Below, piece after piece: positions 29,714 to 39,528 of a DNA stretch of 64,000 bases. Position numbers and translations under genes: made by a program. Location of the stretch: contig JAJYJJ010000013.1 of NCBI GenBank assembly GCA_021789595.1, positions 238 through 64,237 of the forward strand, given 5' to 3'. Numbering within the stretch: the stretch's first letter is position 1; the number at the start of each line of letters is the position of its first letter. The DNA comes from Nitrospirota bacterium (GTDB lineage: Bacteria > Nitrospirota > Thermodesulfovibrionia > UBA6902 > JAJYJJ01). The notes under the pieces are model-generated. The model saw nothing but the letters and a program-made list of their open reading frames with translations, made no database searches and was not told the origin of the DNA.

Positions 29714-30795
29714 TGGGTCTTTCTGCATTAATAGATGTAACACCCCAGGAGCTTAGATTCTACCTTATAAAGAGGGAGACGAAAGGCTATAGCATTGTTG
29801 AAGAAAGGCATATAGGGATAAAAGACAGCTATCTCGATGCACTTAAGGAGCTTGAGGCCATGATGGATGTTGAAAGGGTATACCTCAGCCTGCCGTTGGA
29901 TTATTTCAGCATAAGGATTCTTGAACTTCCATTTACAGATAAAAATAGATTAAAGGATGTCCTTCCCTTTGAGCTTGAAGGCCTGTTATTTAAGGATGTC
30001 GGCGAGATGGCCTTTGATTCTATCATTATTGGTGAGAAGGATGGTAAGAATACTGTCCTTGTTACTGCAGCGGAAAAGAAATCCCTGAAGGAGATGATTG
30101 AAGCCCTCAAGCAAAAGGGGCTTGAGCCTGAGATTATAAACTCCATAGACCTCAGGATGATGCAGATGGCCAGGGGCTCTAATGGACAGCTCGAACTATC
30201 CGAACTTCTATTATCGCCTATATACGACGATAAGGACAGAATGAAAACTGCTATTGCAGAACTTGACACCCCATCCTTTAACATCAGGCAGGGGGACATC
30301 GCATATACCACAGGCAGAGAAAAGATGATTAAGTCCCTTCGCTGGACCATGGGCATCGGCATAATCCTTCTTTTGTTGATAGGTGCTGACCTTTCCCTCA
30401 GATACTTTCACCTGAGGAACGAGGTATCAACCATGAACAGGGAGATCAGAAAGGTATATCTTGATGCATTTCCAAAGGATATAAAGGTCAGGGATGAACT
30501 TTACCAGTTTAAGGTGCACATGAAAGAGGCAAAGGATAAAGAGAACCTCTTCCACGGTCTGTCTCCACTTGATGTGCTTCTATCTATAGCCAACAAGAAG
30601 ACGCAGGGTCTCGTATACAATGAGATTTCTATGGATGAGTCAAAGATAGGCCTGAAAGGCGAGGCCCCTTCATTCACAGATGTAAATAGATTGAAGTCAG
30701 CCCTGTCAGACCTTGGCGATGTCATTATAGCAGATACAAAGAGCGCGCTTGACGGCAAGATAAACTTCACAATCAACATAAAGGTAAAGAGATGA
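29713..30795 (+). CDS. gspL: Type II secretion system protein GspL-like (cytoplasmic actin-like domain + TM + periplasmic domain)
   Basis: ~360 aa with one central TM helix (GIGIILLLLIGADL); position and topology match GspL/PilM-N fusions. Confidence 0.6.
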   Translation: MGLSALIDVTPQELRFYLIKRETKGYSIVEERHIGIKDSYLDALKELEAMMDVERVYLSLPLDYFSIRILELPFTDKNRLKDVLPFELEGLLFKDVGEMAFDSIIIGEKDGKNTVLVTAAEKKSLKEMIEALKQKGLEPEIINSIDLRMMQMARGSNGQLELSELLLSPIYDDKDRMKTAIAELDTPSFNIRQGDIAYTTGREKMIKSLRWTMGIGIILLLLIGADLSLRYFHLRNEVSTMNREIRKVYLDAFPKDIKVRDELYQFKVHMKEAKDKENLFHGLSPLDVLLSIANKKTQGLVYNEISMDESKIGLKGEAPSFTDVNRLKSALSDLGDVIIADTKSALDGKINFTINIKVKR

Positions 30796-31304
30796 TACGG
30801 AAAGAGATGATAGGGATGATACGGTATAATAAAAAATTTCTATACATCATTGCTGGCATAGTGTTTTTAGTTGTCTTATTTTCCATATTTATTATTGGCA
30901 TCCACACAATGACCAACGAAAAAGAGAGGCTCGGAGGAAATCTCAAGGATATATTGGCAATGAGGGATGAATATGCAGCAATCACAGCAGATGCAGCCCG
31001 ACTTGAGAGAAAGGTTGGCCAGAGCTCTCAGGGCATTGTTCCGATAATAGAGGATACACTCGGAACACTCGGTATAAAGGCAAAGGCAATAAAACCCATA
31101 GATAAAAATAAGGTGGGGACATATACAGAGGAAAGCGCTGAGCTTCAGGTAGATGGACTTGATATGAACCACCTTGTCAACCTCCTCTACAGGCTTGAAA
31201 ACTCACCAATGCCTTTAAAGATAAAGACTGCATCTATGAAGAGTTCCTTTGATAATCCTGAGCTTATTAACCTGACCGCCACAATAGCCCTTATAACAAA
31301 GTGA
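30792..31304 (+). CDS. gspM: Type II secretion system protein GspM-like
   Basis: ~170 aa bitopic protein (TM near the N-terminus) immediately after the gspL-like gene. Confidence 0.5.
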   Translation: MIRKEMIGMIRYNKKFLYIIAGIVFLVVLFSIFIIGIHTMTNEKERLGGNLKDILAMRDEYAAITADAARLERKVGQSSQGIVPIIEDTLGTLGIKAKAIKPIDKNKVGTYTEESAELQVDGLDMNHLVNLLYRLENSPMPLKIKTASMKSSFDNPELINLTATIALITK

Positions 31305-32092
31305 AAAGATACTGGTTTGCTGCTCCCTTACTACTGCCTTTAATCGTCATCCTCATATGGTCAATTGCAATACCAACAAATGTCATCGAGAGGCTGTTAG
31401 AGGACAATCTCTCAAGGTCGCTTAATCTCAGGGTGAGGGTTGAAGATCTCAAGAAGGACATCCTCTTTGGGCTTGAGGCAGACAGTCTTACCCTGTATAG
31501 GGATGACAGGACGATAATCAAGATTGATGATCTGAAGCTGAGGATTAACCCCTTGACGCTTATAACAGGTACTCTGGATGTCTATTCTATAAAGGGCAAT
31601 CTTGGCAGTGGAAAATTAAAGGGGAATCTGTCCATATCAAGCAGTTCATATAAGGCACACATCGAGGCATCAAATATAGATATTGCAACCATCCCTTACA
31701 TGAGTGGATTTTCTCTTAAAGGCACCGACAGTTTTTCAGGCAACCTCAAGATTAAGGACGGAAAGGGTGAGGCACGGTTCTGGAGCAATAATGTAGTGCT
31801 TGATAATGCCTTTATTGCAGGTGTTGCGCTTCCACTTAAGGCATTTAATGACATAAAAGGCGCACTTGATCTCAGCCCTGGCTATGTGGATGTTAAATCA
31901 TTCTCGTTTGAAGGCAGCGAGCTCAGTGCAAGGATTAAGGGAACCGTCAAGGCAGGGACAATGGATATGGTTATGGAGGTTATGCCAAAGGCCTCTTACC
32001 TCAATGAGAATTCCATATTCTTCAGCCTCCTTAATCAGTATAAAGTGTCCCCTGGATATTATGCCATACCTATAAAAGGCCCCTTGTCCTAA
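31301..32092 (+). CDS. gspN: Type II secretion system protein GspN-like
   Basis: ~260 aa, N-terminal TM/signal and periplasmic beta-rich region; last gene of the gsp cluster. Confidence 0.5.
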   Translation: MKRYWFAAPLLLPLIVILIWSIAIPTNVIERLLEDNLSRSLNLRVRVEDLKKDILFGLEADSLTLYRDDRTIIKIDDLKLRINPLTLITGTLDVYSIKGNLGSGKLKGNLSISSSSYKAHIEASNIDIATIPYMSGFSLKGTDSFSGNLKIKDGKGEARFWSNNVVLDNAFIAGVALPLKAFNDIKGALDLSPGYVDVKSFSFEGSELSARIKGTVKAGTMDMVMEVMPKASYLNENSIFFSLLNQYKVSPGYYAIPIKGPLS

Positions 32093-32141
32093 TCGCTATA
32101 ACCTTGACTTTATATTGTAATATCCTGTAGCTTAAGTAATA

Positions 32142-32218
32142 CGGGGCGTAGCGCAGCTTGGTAGCGCGCCTGCTTTGGGAGCAGGATGCCGGAGGTTCAA
32201 GTCCTCTCGCCCCGACCA
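32142..32218 (+). tRNA. tRNA-Pro (anticodon TGG)
   Basis: Cloverleaf readable by eye: acceptor CGGGGCG/CGCCCCG, anticodon loop CTTTGGGAG, T-loop GGTTCAAGTCC, 3' CCA encoded. Confidence 0.85.
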
Positions 32219-32221
32219 ATT

Positions 32222-32298
32222 GCGCCTGTAGCTCAGTTGGATAGAGCAGCTGCCTTCTAAGCAGCGGGTCAGGGGTTCGAATCCCTTCAGGCGCGCCA
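32222..32298 (+). tRNA. tRNA-Arg (anticodon TCT)
   Basis: Acceptor GCGCCTG/CAGGCGC, D-arm TAGCTCAGTTGGATAGAGC, anticodon loop CTTCTAA, T-loop GGTTCGAATCC, CCA encoded. Confidence 0.85.
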
Positions 32299-32318
32299 TA
32301 AGAAAAGAGGTGAGAGAT

Positions 32319-32528
32319 ATGTTTGAAGGGCTTTTTCAACCGATGCACCTGATAATAATACTCGTAATCGTGCTGATAATATTCGGTCCTGGAAAACTTC
32401 CACAGATAGGCTCCGGGCTCGGCAAGAGCATAAGAGAATTTAAGAAGGCTCTGTCCGATGAGGAGAAGCGTCCTGCTATAGAAGATAAGAGAGATGCGGC
32501 ACAGGACACAGCAGAAAAAAAGACATAA
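32319..32528 (+). CDS. tatA: Twin-arginine translocase subunit TatA/E
   Basis: Short protein with an N-terminal TM helix, a conserved [10 protein letters not shown] hinge and an amphipathic helix ([12 protein letters not shown]). RBS GAGGTGA lies upstream of ATG 32319; the track's GTG start at 32310 is less likely. Confidence 0.8.
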   Translation: MFEGLFQPMHLIIILVIVLIIFGPGKLPQIGSGLGKSIREFKKALSDEEKRPAIEDKRDAAQDTAEKKT

Positions 32529-32592
32529 GACAGTCTGATTAAATGAATTAAATACCGCCCATAAACCATGGGCTGCTGCTTTGTTTCTTAGT

Positions 32593-32669
32593 GGTGAGTG
32601 TAGCTCAATGGTCAGAGCACTGGACTGTGGCTCCAGGGGTTGTGGGTTCGAGTCCCATCACTCACCCCA
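32593..32669 (+). tRNA. tRNA-His (anticodon GTG) with an encoded G-1
   Basis: Extra 5' G pairing with C73, acceptor GTGAGTG/CACTCAC, anticodon loop CTGTGGC, T-loop GGTTCGAGTCC, CCA encoded. Confidence 0.85.
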
Positions 32670-32699
32670 TGTCCATTTACAGTAAACACAATGATATTG

Positions 32700-32740
32700 C
32701 TATAGCCAGCATAGCTCCTTTATGTTTTTTCGCCGTAGAT
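32700..32740 (+). terminator. Weak terminator-like hairpin plus U-tract downstream of tRNA-His
   Basis: GCTATAGCCAGCATAGC short stem followed by TCCTTTATGTTTTTTC. Confidence 0.25.
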
Positions 32741-32972
32741 CTACTATCCAGTTGCGATTTAGAGGAATGAAGAAAGACCCTGCTGTGCTGTCATTGTAGA
32801 ACTCCCTGACTGACCTGACAGGAAAATCCTATCACACCCCGTTGTGGCTGTCAAGCACAACATCTAACCGGACAGGTTATTGCGATTTTATCACGCTGAT
32901 ATGCTAAAATATCTTCAGACCCTTCTGCCTGTGCGTTGCCTGTCTGCACAGGCAGGCACGCAGACAGGTGAT

Positions 32973-33049
32973 GCGCCTGTAGCTCAGATGGATAGAGCAT
33001 CGGCCTCCGGAGCCGAGGGTCGGAGGTTCGAATCCTCTCAGGCGCGCCA
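32973..33049 (+). tRNA. tRNA-Arg (anticodon CCG)
   Basis: Acceptor and D-arm near-identical to the TCT isoacceptor, anticodon loop CTCCGGA, T-loop GGTTCGAATCC, CCA encoded. Confidence 0.85.
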
Positions 33050-33066
33050 ATTTATGGAGATCTATT

Positions 33067-34392
33067 ATGAATAGACTATCACTTGCAGAAGAGATTATAG
33101 GCCTTGCACTCAGGCGCGGTGCAGACATGGCCGATGTCTATATAAAAGACTATAAGAACCTGTCTGTTGAGGTGAAGCAGCAGGATGTGGAATCTCTCGA
33201 TTCATCCGAGACCATAGGCATTGCATTAAGGGTGATAAGGCAGAAAAGGCTTGGGTTTTCATTTACCACAGATGTTGATTCTATTGGGAAAATGGTTGAT
33301 GATGCTGTGGAGGCATCGAGGTGGTCGGGTGAGGATGTCTATCTTGACCTGCCTGAGAGATCAATAGCCTCTGATATAGATATCTTTGACGAAAAGATCG
33401 CTGATGTCAGTGAGGGCAGCGCTATAGAAAATGCCCTTATGCTTGAAAAGAGTGCCTTGTCTTTCGACCGGAGGATAAAAAAGGTAAGAAAGGCATCTGC
33501 GTTTTTCTACTGCTCGTTCACGAGCTTTGCCAATTCAAAAGGGGTAAGGGCCCATTATAAAGGGACTATTGTATCCAGCCACATCATGGCCATCGCTGAG
33601 GATAAAGGAGACAGCCAGATGGCCTGGGACATGGGTATAGCGAGATTCCTTGAGGCGATAGACTTCTCAGCCATAGGTAAGAGCGCTGCTGACAATGCTG
33701 TGTCGCTCCTTGGCGCCAGGAGGATATCGGCTGTAAAGGCACCTGTTATCCTTGACCCCTTTGTTGCTACAGAGTTTCTTGGAATCCTTGCCTCATCGTT
33801 TAATTCCGATAACATACAGAAGGGCAAGTCCATGCTTAAAGGGAAACTTGGTATGGATATTATGTCCCCTGTTATAACTATTGTTGATAACGGCCAGATG
33901 CAAAGGGGTATTGGAAGTACCCCGGTAGATGATGAGGGCGTGCCTACAATGAAAAAGGATGTAGTGGCCAAGGGAAAACTCCTCTGCTATCTCTATAACA
34001 CATACACTGCGCGCAAGGACAATACCGTTTCAACAGGAAATGCGGTCAGGGGAGATTTCAAGGGCATTCCGTCTGTGGGCGTAACAAACCTCTACATAGA
34101 GAAAGGCGATATAGATAGGGGTGCCCTTGTCAAGCTCCCTGGAAGGGCGATATATATCATGGAGGCAATGGGAATGCATACAATCAATCCCATTTCAGGG
34201 GATTTCTCTGTTGGAGTCACAGGACTATGGATGGAAAATGGTGAAGTGGCCTATCCTGTAAAAGAGGCAGTAATCTCAGGTAATATCCTCGACCTGTTCA
34301 GGCGTGTCAGGGCAGTAGGGAGCGACCTCAGGTTTTATGGAAGGGTTGGTTCTCCAAGCCTTTTGATAGAGGACATAGATATAAGCGGCTGA
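33067..34392 (+). CDS. pmbA: TldD/PmbA(TldE)-family metalloprotease modulator
   Basis: 441 aa; N-terminal AEEIIGLALRRGADMADVYI and C-terminal GxxxGxG-rich patterns characteristic of the TldD/PmbA family. Only one paralogue here. Confidence 0.75.
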   Translation: MNRLSLAEEIIGLALRRGADMADVYIKDYKNLSVEVKQQDVESLDSSETIGIALRVIRQKRLGFSFTTDVDSIGKMVDDAVEASRWSGEDVYLDLPERSIASDIDIFDEKIADVSEGSAIENALMLEKSALSFDRRIKKVRKASAFFYCSFTSFANSKGVRAHYKGTIVSSHIMAIAEDKGDSQMAWDMGIARFLEAIDFSAIGKSAADNAVSLLGARRISAVKAPVILDPFVATEFLGILASSFNSDNIQKGKSMLKGKLGMDIMSPVITIVDNGQMQRGIGSTPVDDEGVPTMKKDVVAKGKLLCYLYNTYTARKDNTVSTGNAVRGDFKGIPSVGVTNLYIEKGDIDRGALVKLPGRAIYIMEAMGMHTINPISGDFSVGVTGLWMENGEVAYPVKEAVISGNILDLFRRVRAVGSDLRFYGRVGSPSLLIEDIDISG

Positions 34393-34410
34393 ATGTATTT
34401 ATTCAGCCGC
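34385..34410. terminator. Bidirectional terminator hairpin between convergent pmbA-like and stomatin genes
   Basis: GGCTGAAT-gtattt-ATTCAGCC 8-bp perfect stem containing both genes' stop codons. Confidence 0.45.
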
Positions 34411-35169
34411 CTTCTTCAGTTTTTTCAAAAATGGCTCTATCAGGTCTATAGGCACAGGGAATATCGTCGTTGAATTTTTCTCTGTGGCAATCTCTGTCAG
34501 GGTTTGTAGGAATCTCAATTGTATAGCAGCAGGCTGTGTGCCGATAATAGCTGCTGCATCAGCAAGTTTCTGCGATGCCTGAAATTCTCCCTCTGCATGG
34601 ATGACCTTTGCCCTTCTTTCTCTTTCTGCCTCAGCCTGTCTTGCAATAGCCCTCTGCATCTCTACAGGGATATCCACATTCTTGACCTCCACAGCGATTA
34701 CCTTTACACCCCACGGCTCTGTCTGCTGGTCAAGGACATTCTGAAGCTCTGCATTGATCTCCTCACGCTTTGTAAGGAGGTCATCAAGCTGACTCTTGCC
34801 AAGGGTGCTCCGCAATGTTGTCTGGGCAAACTGGGAGGTTGCAAAGAAGAAGTCCTCTACATCTATTACGGCCTTTACAGGGTCAACTACCCTGAAATAT
34901 ACCACGGCAGTTACCTTTACAGAGACATTGTCCCTTGTAATAATATCCTGCGATGGCACATCCATTGTTACAGTCCGAAGGCTTATCCTGAGAAGTCTGT
35001 CTATGACGGGGATGATTATCACAAGGCCAGGACCTTTAACGGGTCTCACACGGCCAAGCCTGAATACAACACCCCGTTCATATTCCCTCAGTATCTTTAT
35101 TGCGCTTGAAAGGAAATATATCACCAGTACCAGGATAAGAACAAAGCTTGTCAAAGTTGCCGGTATCAT
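34399..35169 (-). CDS. SPFH/band-7 (stomatin/prohibitin-like) membrane protein
   Basis: N-terminal TM anchor followed by the SPFH pattern (…[20 protein letters not shown]…[16 protein letters not shown]…). Confidence 0.85.
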   Translation of the reverse strand: MIPATLTSFVLILVLVIYFLSSAIKILREYERGVVFRLGRVRPVKGPGLVIIIPVIDRLLRISLRTVTMDVPSQDIITRDNVSVKVTAVVYFRVVDPVKAVIDVEDFFFATSQFAQTTLRSTLGKSQLDDLLTKREEINAELQNVLDQQTEPWGVKVIAVEVKNVDIPVEMQRAIARQAEAERERRAKVIHAEGEFQASQKLADAAAIIGTQPAAIQLRFLQTLTEIATEKNSTTIFPVPIDLIEPFLKKLKKAAE

Positions 35170-36494
35170 TTCATGCCCTCCTTTTTCTTTACCTTTAATT
35201 TTAAGCCATCCAATCCAATAACCACTATCTTGTCTCCTGCCTTTATAGGCTCATCGCTCCATGCCCTCCATAATTCTCCATGGACAAATACCCTCCCTTC
35301 TTCTGTTGCTATATCAGTCCTTGCTATGCCTTCAAGCCCTATAAGCCCCTCCTTACCTGTAGAGGGCTTTTTTCTGTGTGCCTTTATGACAAGCGTGACT
35401 ATGACTGTAAAAAATACTGCTGTAAGTATAACTACAGGGAGTATTATTATCAGGGAAACCCTCATATAAGGTGCTGGAGACTCAAATAGCATAAGGGAAC
35501 CTATAATCATCGATACTATGCCGCCTATGGTCAGGACACCATGGGTTGCTGCCTTTACATCGAGTATGAAAAGGACTATGGCAAGTATAATCAGGAGAAG
35601 CCCTGCATAGTTGACAGGCAGGGTCTGAAAAGAATAGAAGGCAAGTATCAGGCATATCGTGCCTACGACCCCAGGCAGGATTGCCCCGGGGCTTGTCAGC
35701 TCAAAGAATAATCCATAGAATCCAAGGAGCATGAGGATATAGGCGACATTGGGGTCGCTTATTGTATTCAATATCCTGCCTCTCAGCCCGAGATTTAACC
35801 TGACCAGCTTTGCATCTGCTGTCCTGATTGTCTTTGGCCCGATAGGGGTAACTACAGTTCTACCATCTATGGATTTTAGAAGACTGTTTAGATCAGGGCT
35901 TATAATGTCAATGACATCTTCCTTTAATGCCTCCTGCGCGCTTGACGATATGCTTTTTCTCACAGCATCCTCTGCCCATTGCTGGTTCCTTCCCCTTTTT
36001 TGTGCAATTGATCGGATGTATGCAGATGCATCATTGACCACCTTTTCTGCCATGGTCTTGTCCATCTTGCCCTCGAGGCTGACAGGATGTGCAGCACCTA
36101 TGTTTGTGCCAGGCGCCATGGCTGCAATATTGGCTGAAAGGGTTATAAAGACACCTGCGGATGCAGCCCTTGCCCCGCTTGGTGCGACATATACAACAAC
36201 AGGGGTATCGCTTCCAATAATCTTCTTGACGATATCCCTCATGGATGTATCAAGACCACCAGGTGTATCAAGCTCTATCACTATAGCCTCTGCCTTTTCA
36301 TTGGAGGCCTTGTCAATTGCCTTTGTAATGAATTCAGAGGCAACAGGATTTATAATCCCGTTGTATGTCAGAACCAGGACTTCTCTCTTAGCAGGGAGTG
36401 CTCTGACAGCAGTGGCAAGGATAATTATTATAAGTAGAAGAAGGAGTCTCTTACGCATTAAGGAGATTATATATCTTATAATCCAGACTGTCAA
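35166..36494 (-). CDS. nfeD: NfeD-family membrane-bound serine protease (ClpP-class), stomatin operon partner
   Basis: Signal/TM plus ClpP-like protease domain (…[15 protein letters not shown]…), central multi-TM region and C-terminal OB-fold; overlaps and is co-oriented with the stomatin gene (the canonical NfeD-stomatin pair). Confidence 0.8.
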   Translation of the reverse strand: MTVWIIRYIISLMRKRLLLLLIIIILATAVRALPAKREVLVLTYNGIINPVASEFITKAIDKASNEKAEAIVIELDTPGGLDTSMRDIVKKIIGSDTPVVVYVAPSGARAASAGVFITLSANIAAMAPGTNIGAAHPVSLEGKMDKTMAEKVVNDASAYIRSIAQKRGRNQQWAEDAVRKSISSSAQEALKEDVIDIISPDLNSLLKSIDGRTVVTPIGPKTIRTADAKLVRLNLGLRGRILNTISDPNVAYILMLLGFYGLFFELTSPGAILPGVVGTICLILAFYSFQTLPVNYAGLLLIILAIVLFILDVKAATHGVLTIGGIVSMIIGSLMLFESPAPYMRVSLIIILPVVILTAVFFTVIVTLVIKAHRKKPSTGKEGLIGLEGIARTDIATEEGRVFVHGELWRAWSDEPIKAGDKIVVIGLDGLKLKVKKKEGMK

Positions 36495-36624
36495 TCCATA
36501 CAGCGAACATAAAAAAACAGTTTATAGCCCTTGAAAAATATCCCTTAGTATGTTTAATCTATTTAGATTTGTAACTTTACTAATGGGGTCATGAGTAAAT
36601 CCACATTCGCTCTTTATCTCTGTC

Positions 36625-36716
36625 ATTGCGGCAGAGCCTGTCCCCGCTTGTCGGGGATCGCCGCAATCCTTCTTTAAGATTCCTGACAAGCAGGAAGGAT
36701 TCCCGACAAGCGGGAA
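36625..36716. repeat. Cluster of three related ~17-nt hairpin modules (two direct, one inverted) nested in a larger inverted repeat
   Basis: Hairpins CCCCGCTTGTCGGGG (36642-36656), TTCCTGACAAGCAGGAA (36680-36696) and TTCCCGACAAGCGGGAA (36700-36716). The last two differ by compensatory T/A to C/G changes that preserve pairing; the first has the reverse-complement loop. Outer arms ATTGCGGC/GCCGCAAT enclose the first. Lies in the divergent nfeD/HAD intergenic region. Confidence 0.6.
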
Positions 36717-36795
36717 TGACACTATGTGGCTTTACTAAAGGTTCTTGACCTAAAGTCTTTCGAGCTGAGGGCAGAAGGGATAGAGGTAGAGGACA

Positions 36796-37479
36796 ATGGT
36801 AGAGAAAGGCATTAGAAGAATGATACCTCTAAATGACATCCGATTTGTCCTACTGGATATGGACGGAACACTCCTGGACAAATATTTTGATGACTACTTC
36901 TGGGAACATCTCGTGCCTGAAAAATATGCAGAGAAACACAACATAACATTTGGCAGGGCTAAGGAAGAGTTGTTCTCTAAATACAAGGCCCATGAAGGCA
37001 CTTTAAACTGGACAGATATTGATTTCTGGTCAAGAGAGTTGGATATAGATATCCCTGCACTTAAAGAACAGATAAAGCACATGATAGATATCCACCCCCA
37101 TGTAGAGGAGTTTCTGAGGATGTTAAAAAGACACAAGAAGAAGGTGTATATGGTCACCAATGCACACTACAAGGTCTTGGATATAAAATTAAAGAAAACG
37201 GATATTGGTAAATATTTCGACAGATGCATCACATCCTTTGAAATAGGCTATCCAAAGGAGATGATAGAATTCTGGCAGAAGGCAGAAAAGCTACTAAAAT
37301 TTGACAGGGAAAAGACCCTTTTTATCGATGATACAGCAGAGATACTTAAGACAGCAAGGGAATTTGGGATAAGGTATCTGATTTTGAAAACAAGGGCTAA
37401 TTCTAAAAAGGCAGATAAACCTGCAAATGACTTCCCTGCCCTAAAGGATTTTAAAGAACTCCTGACCCCAGATTGCTGA
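36796..37479 (+). CDS. HAD-superfamily hydrolase
   Basis: Motif I LLDMDGTLLD near the N-terminus and a C-terminal motif III/IV region (KTLFIDDT); ~225 aa. Confidence 0.7.
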   Translation: MVEKGIRRMIPLNDIRFVLLDMDGTLLDKYFDDYFWEHLVPEKYAEKHNITFGRAKEELFSKYKAHEGTLNWTDIDFWSRELDIDIPALKEQIKHMIDIHPHVEEFLRMLKRHKKKVYMVTNAHYKVLDIKLKKTDIGKYFDRCITSFEIGYPKEMIEFWQKAEKLLKFDREKTLFIDDTAEILKTAREFGIRYLILKTRANSKKADKPANDFPALKDFKELLTPDC

Positions 37480-37577
37480 CCTCCTTCTGGACAGTGAGAC
37501 CAAAATGTGCAAGGAATGGATATTCAGGTGATATCTGCCACCCATTCCGATCCATTCCTGCTACTTATTATTGAAAA

Positions 37578-39092
37578 TCAGCCTTTGTACTTTTCGTAAA
37601 CCTCTTCAAAAGATCTGTGTATGTCTTTAAATACCTTGAGTACTCCGGGGTCAAAGTGATGCGGCATCGTCCTTTCATCGCCTTCAGTTATTATCCTGCA
37701 CGTTGTATCATGGTCAAATGCGGGTTTATATACACGAGAATTCCTCAGGGCATCGTACTGGTCTGCGATGTTCATTATCCTCCCTTCAATGGGTATCTGT
37801 TCTCCCCTTAATCCATAGGGATAACCGCCTCCATCCCATCTTTCGTGGTGTGACAGTGCTATGGTCTTTGCCATCGTAAGTCGAACATGGTCCCCCAGAA
37901 TCTTTGCTCCATACAGTGTATGCTTCTTCATCTCCTTCCATTCTTCAGGCGTAAGCTTGCCCGGCTTTCTTAAGATCTCTGCAGGCGTATGGATCTTTCC
38001 CACATCATGCATCTGGGCCTGTAGGCGGATTATGCTTGTAAACTTCTCACTCATGCCGAGTTGTCCCGCAACCAGAGCGCAATACTCGCCGACCCTTATG
38101 ATGTGGTTGCCCGTGTCTTCGTCATTCGCTTCGGATGCCCTTGCGAGGGCATGGACCGTATATGCAAATGCATCATCTGTCTCTTTAACCTGAGAGGAAA
38201 TGGATTTTAAGAACAGGCTCTGTGCAACAAGGCTTTCCATGACAGAGGCATCGTATTCGTTGACTTCCCTGCCGTAATTGAATGCAGCAATGCAGAAATC
38301 ATTGCTCAGGTAACTGACGGCATTTGAAACCTGTTTATTAAGGGAATCGAGTCTTTCAATAAAATGGCGAAGTTCTGAATTTGCGAGGTCGGCCTCATTA
38401 TGAAATAGTATTTTTGAGGTGAACTGTTCAGGCAGACACTCACCAATGTCGAACTCAACCGTTTTTCTGCTCAATCCTTCCAGGGATGATTCATAGAGGT
38501 AGCATTGGCCTCTGCCTTCAACGGAAAAACGAACCATGATCATCTCAGGTCTTCCTATTGCTTCGTCAGCATGTCTTATAAGCCGGCTTACAACATGATC
38601 TATGTGGAACATAAAGTCGAAATTCAAGGGATCAAAACCGCTTATAAGCTTCCTCCCGAATGACGTAATTGTTGCTATCTTGCTATATGCCTGATTTAAT
38701 CTGTCATTGAGGTTTTTTATTTTAAGGAGCATCTTTATCCGTGCAAGCACCTCCGCCTGGTCAAATGGCTTGGATATGAAATCCTCTGCACCTGCCTCAA
38801 TGCCCTTAATCCTGTCTTCCTTTGACCTGAGAGCTGTAATCATGACAACAGGAACATTCCTGTGCCTTTCATCATCTTTTATTTTTCTGCATACCTCATA
38901 GCCATTCATCTCAGGCATCATTACATCAAGGAGCACAATGTCCATCCTCTGTTCATTGATCTTTTCCAATGCCTCTCTGCCATTTACTGCCTTAATCACC
39001 TCATAACCTCTCGGCACGAGCGATGCCTCAAGAAGCTTAAGATTTGCCAGCTCATCGTCAACGCAAAGTATTCTTGGTTTTTGTGTATGCAT
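37578..39092 (-). CDS. Response regulator with HD-GYP domain (c-di-GMP phosphodiesterase, RpfG-like)
   Basis: N-terminal REC (ILCVDDE…[11 protein letters not shown]…), C-terminal HD-GYP with HDVGK and GGGYPYGL motifs. Confidence 0.8.
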   Translation of the reverse strand: MHTQKPRILCVDDELANLKLLEASLVPRGYEVIKAVNGREALEKINEQRMDIVLLDVMMPEMNGYEVCRKIKDDERHRNVPVVMITALRSKEDRIKGIEAGAEDFISKPFDQAEVLARIKMLLKIKNLNDRLNQAYSKIATITSFGRKLISGFDPLNFDFMFHIDHVVSRLIRHADEAIGRPEMIMVRFSVEGRGQCYLYESSLEGLSRKTVEFDIGECLPEQFTSKILFHNEADLANSELRHFIERLDSLNKQVSNAVSYLSNDFCIAAFNYGREVNEYDASVMESLVAQSLFLKSISSQVKETDDAFAYTVHALARASEANDEDTGNHIIRVGEYCALVAGQLGMSEKFTSIIRLQAQMHDVGKIHTPAEILRKPGKLTPEEWKEMKKHTLYGAKILGDHVRLTMAKTIALSHHERWDGGGYPYGLRGEQIPIEGRIMNIADQYDALRNSRVYKPAFDHDTTCRIITEGDERTMPHHFDPGVLKVFKDIHRSFEEVYEKYKG

Positions 39093-39105
39093 AAAGAGAC
39101 CACCT

Positions 39106-39471
39106 CTATCCTAAAAACCTTTTCACCTTCTCAGGCAGTTCCCTCATATTCAGGGGTTTTGAAATATAGTCATCAGCGCCTTCTGCCAGTATCCTTTCCT
39201 CATCACCCAACATTGCAAAGGATGTCACTGCAATGATCTTGATGCCCTTTGTCTCAGGGTCGTTTTTAAGAATGGAGGTGGCAGCAAAACCATCTATAAC
39301 AGGCATCTGCATATCCATGAGTATTAAATCAGGCTTATATTCCTTTGCCGTCTTTATCCCGACTTCTCCATTCTCTGCCTCTAATACCTCATAGCCGTGA
39401 TACTTCAGGACGTCTCTGATCATCCTGCGGTTCTTTTCATTGTCTTCCACAATGAGTATCCTTTTGGTCAT
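39106..39471 (-). CDS. Single-domain CheY-like response regulator
   Basis: 121 aa REC domain ([12 protein letters not shown]…[13 protein letters not shown]…IIAVTS). Confidence 0.8.
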   Translation of the reverse strand: MTKRILIVEDNEKNRRMIRDVLKYHGYEVLEAENGEVGIKTAKEYKPDLILMDMQMPVIDGFAATSILKNDPETKGIKIIAVTSFAMLGDEERILAEGADDYISKPLNMRELPEKVKRFLG

Positions 39472-39528
39472 GATAGCCCCCTGTTTTTCGAAATACGAGA
39501 GACGATAGACGAAATCGTCCTTCGTCCC

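Noticed and set aside
32070-32348. 92-aa minus-strand ORF spanning tRNA-Pro and tRNA-Arg(TCT)
   Set aside because: Lies entirely antisense to two clearly folded tRNA genes; its translation is Arg/Pro-rich low-complexity typical of tRNA-antisense artefacts.
32880-33128. Two overlapping small ORFs (+64 aa, -74 aa) over tRNA-Arg(CCG)
   Set aside because: Both overlap the tRNA gene and the GC-rich inverted repeats upstream of it; no RBS. They conflict with the tRNA and the pmbA start.
36522-36722. 66-aa minus-strand ORF across the hairpin cluster
   Set aside because: Composed largely of the palindromic repeat sequence (reads GDPRQAGTGSAAMTE…); no RBS. Better explained as a non-coding structured region.
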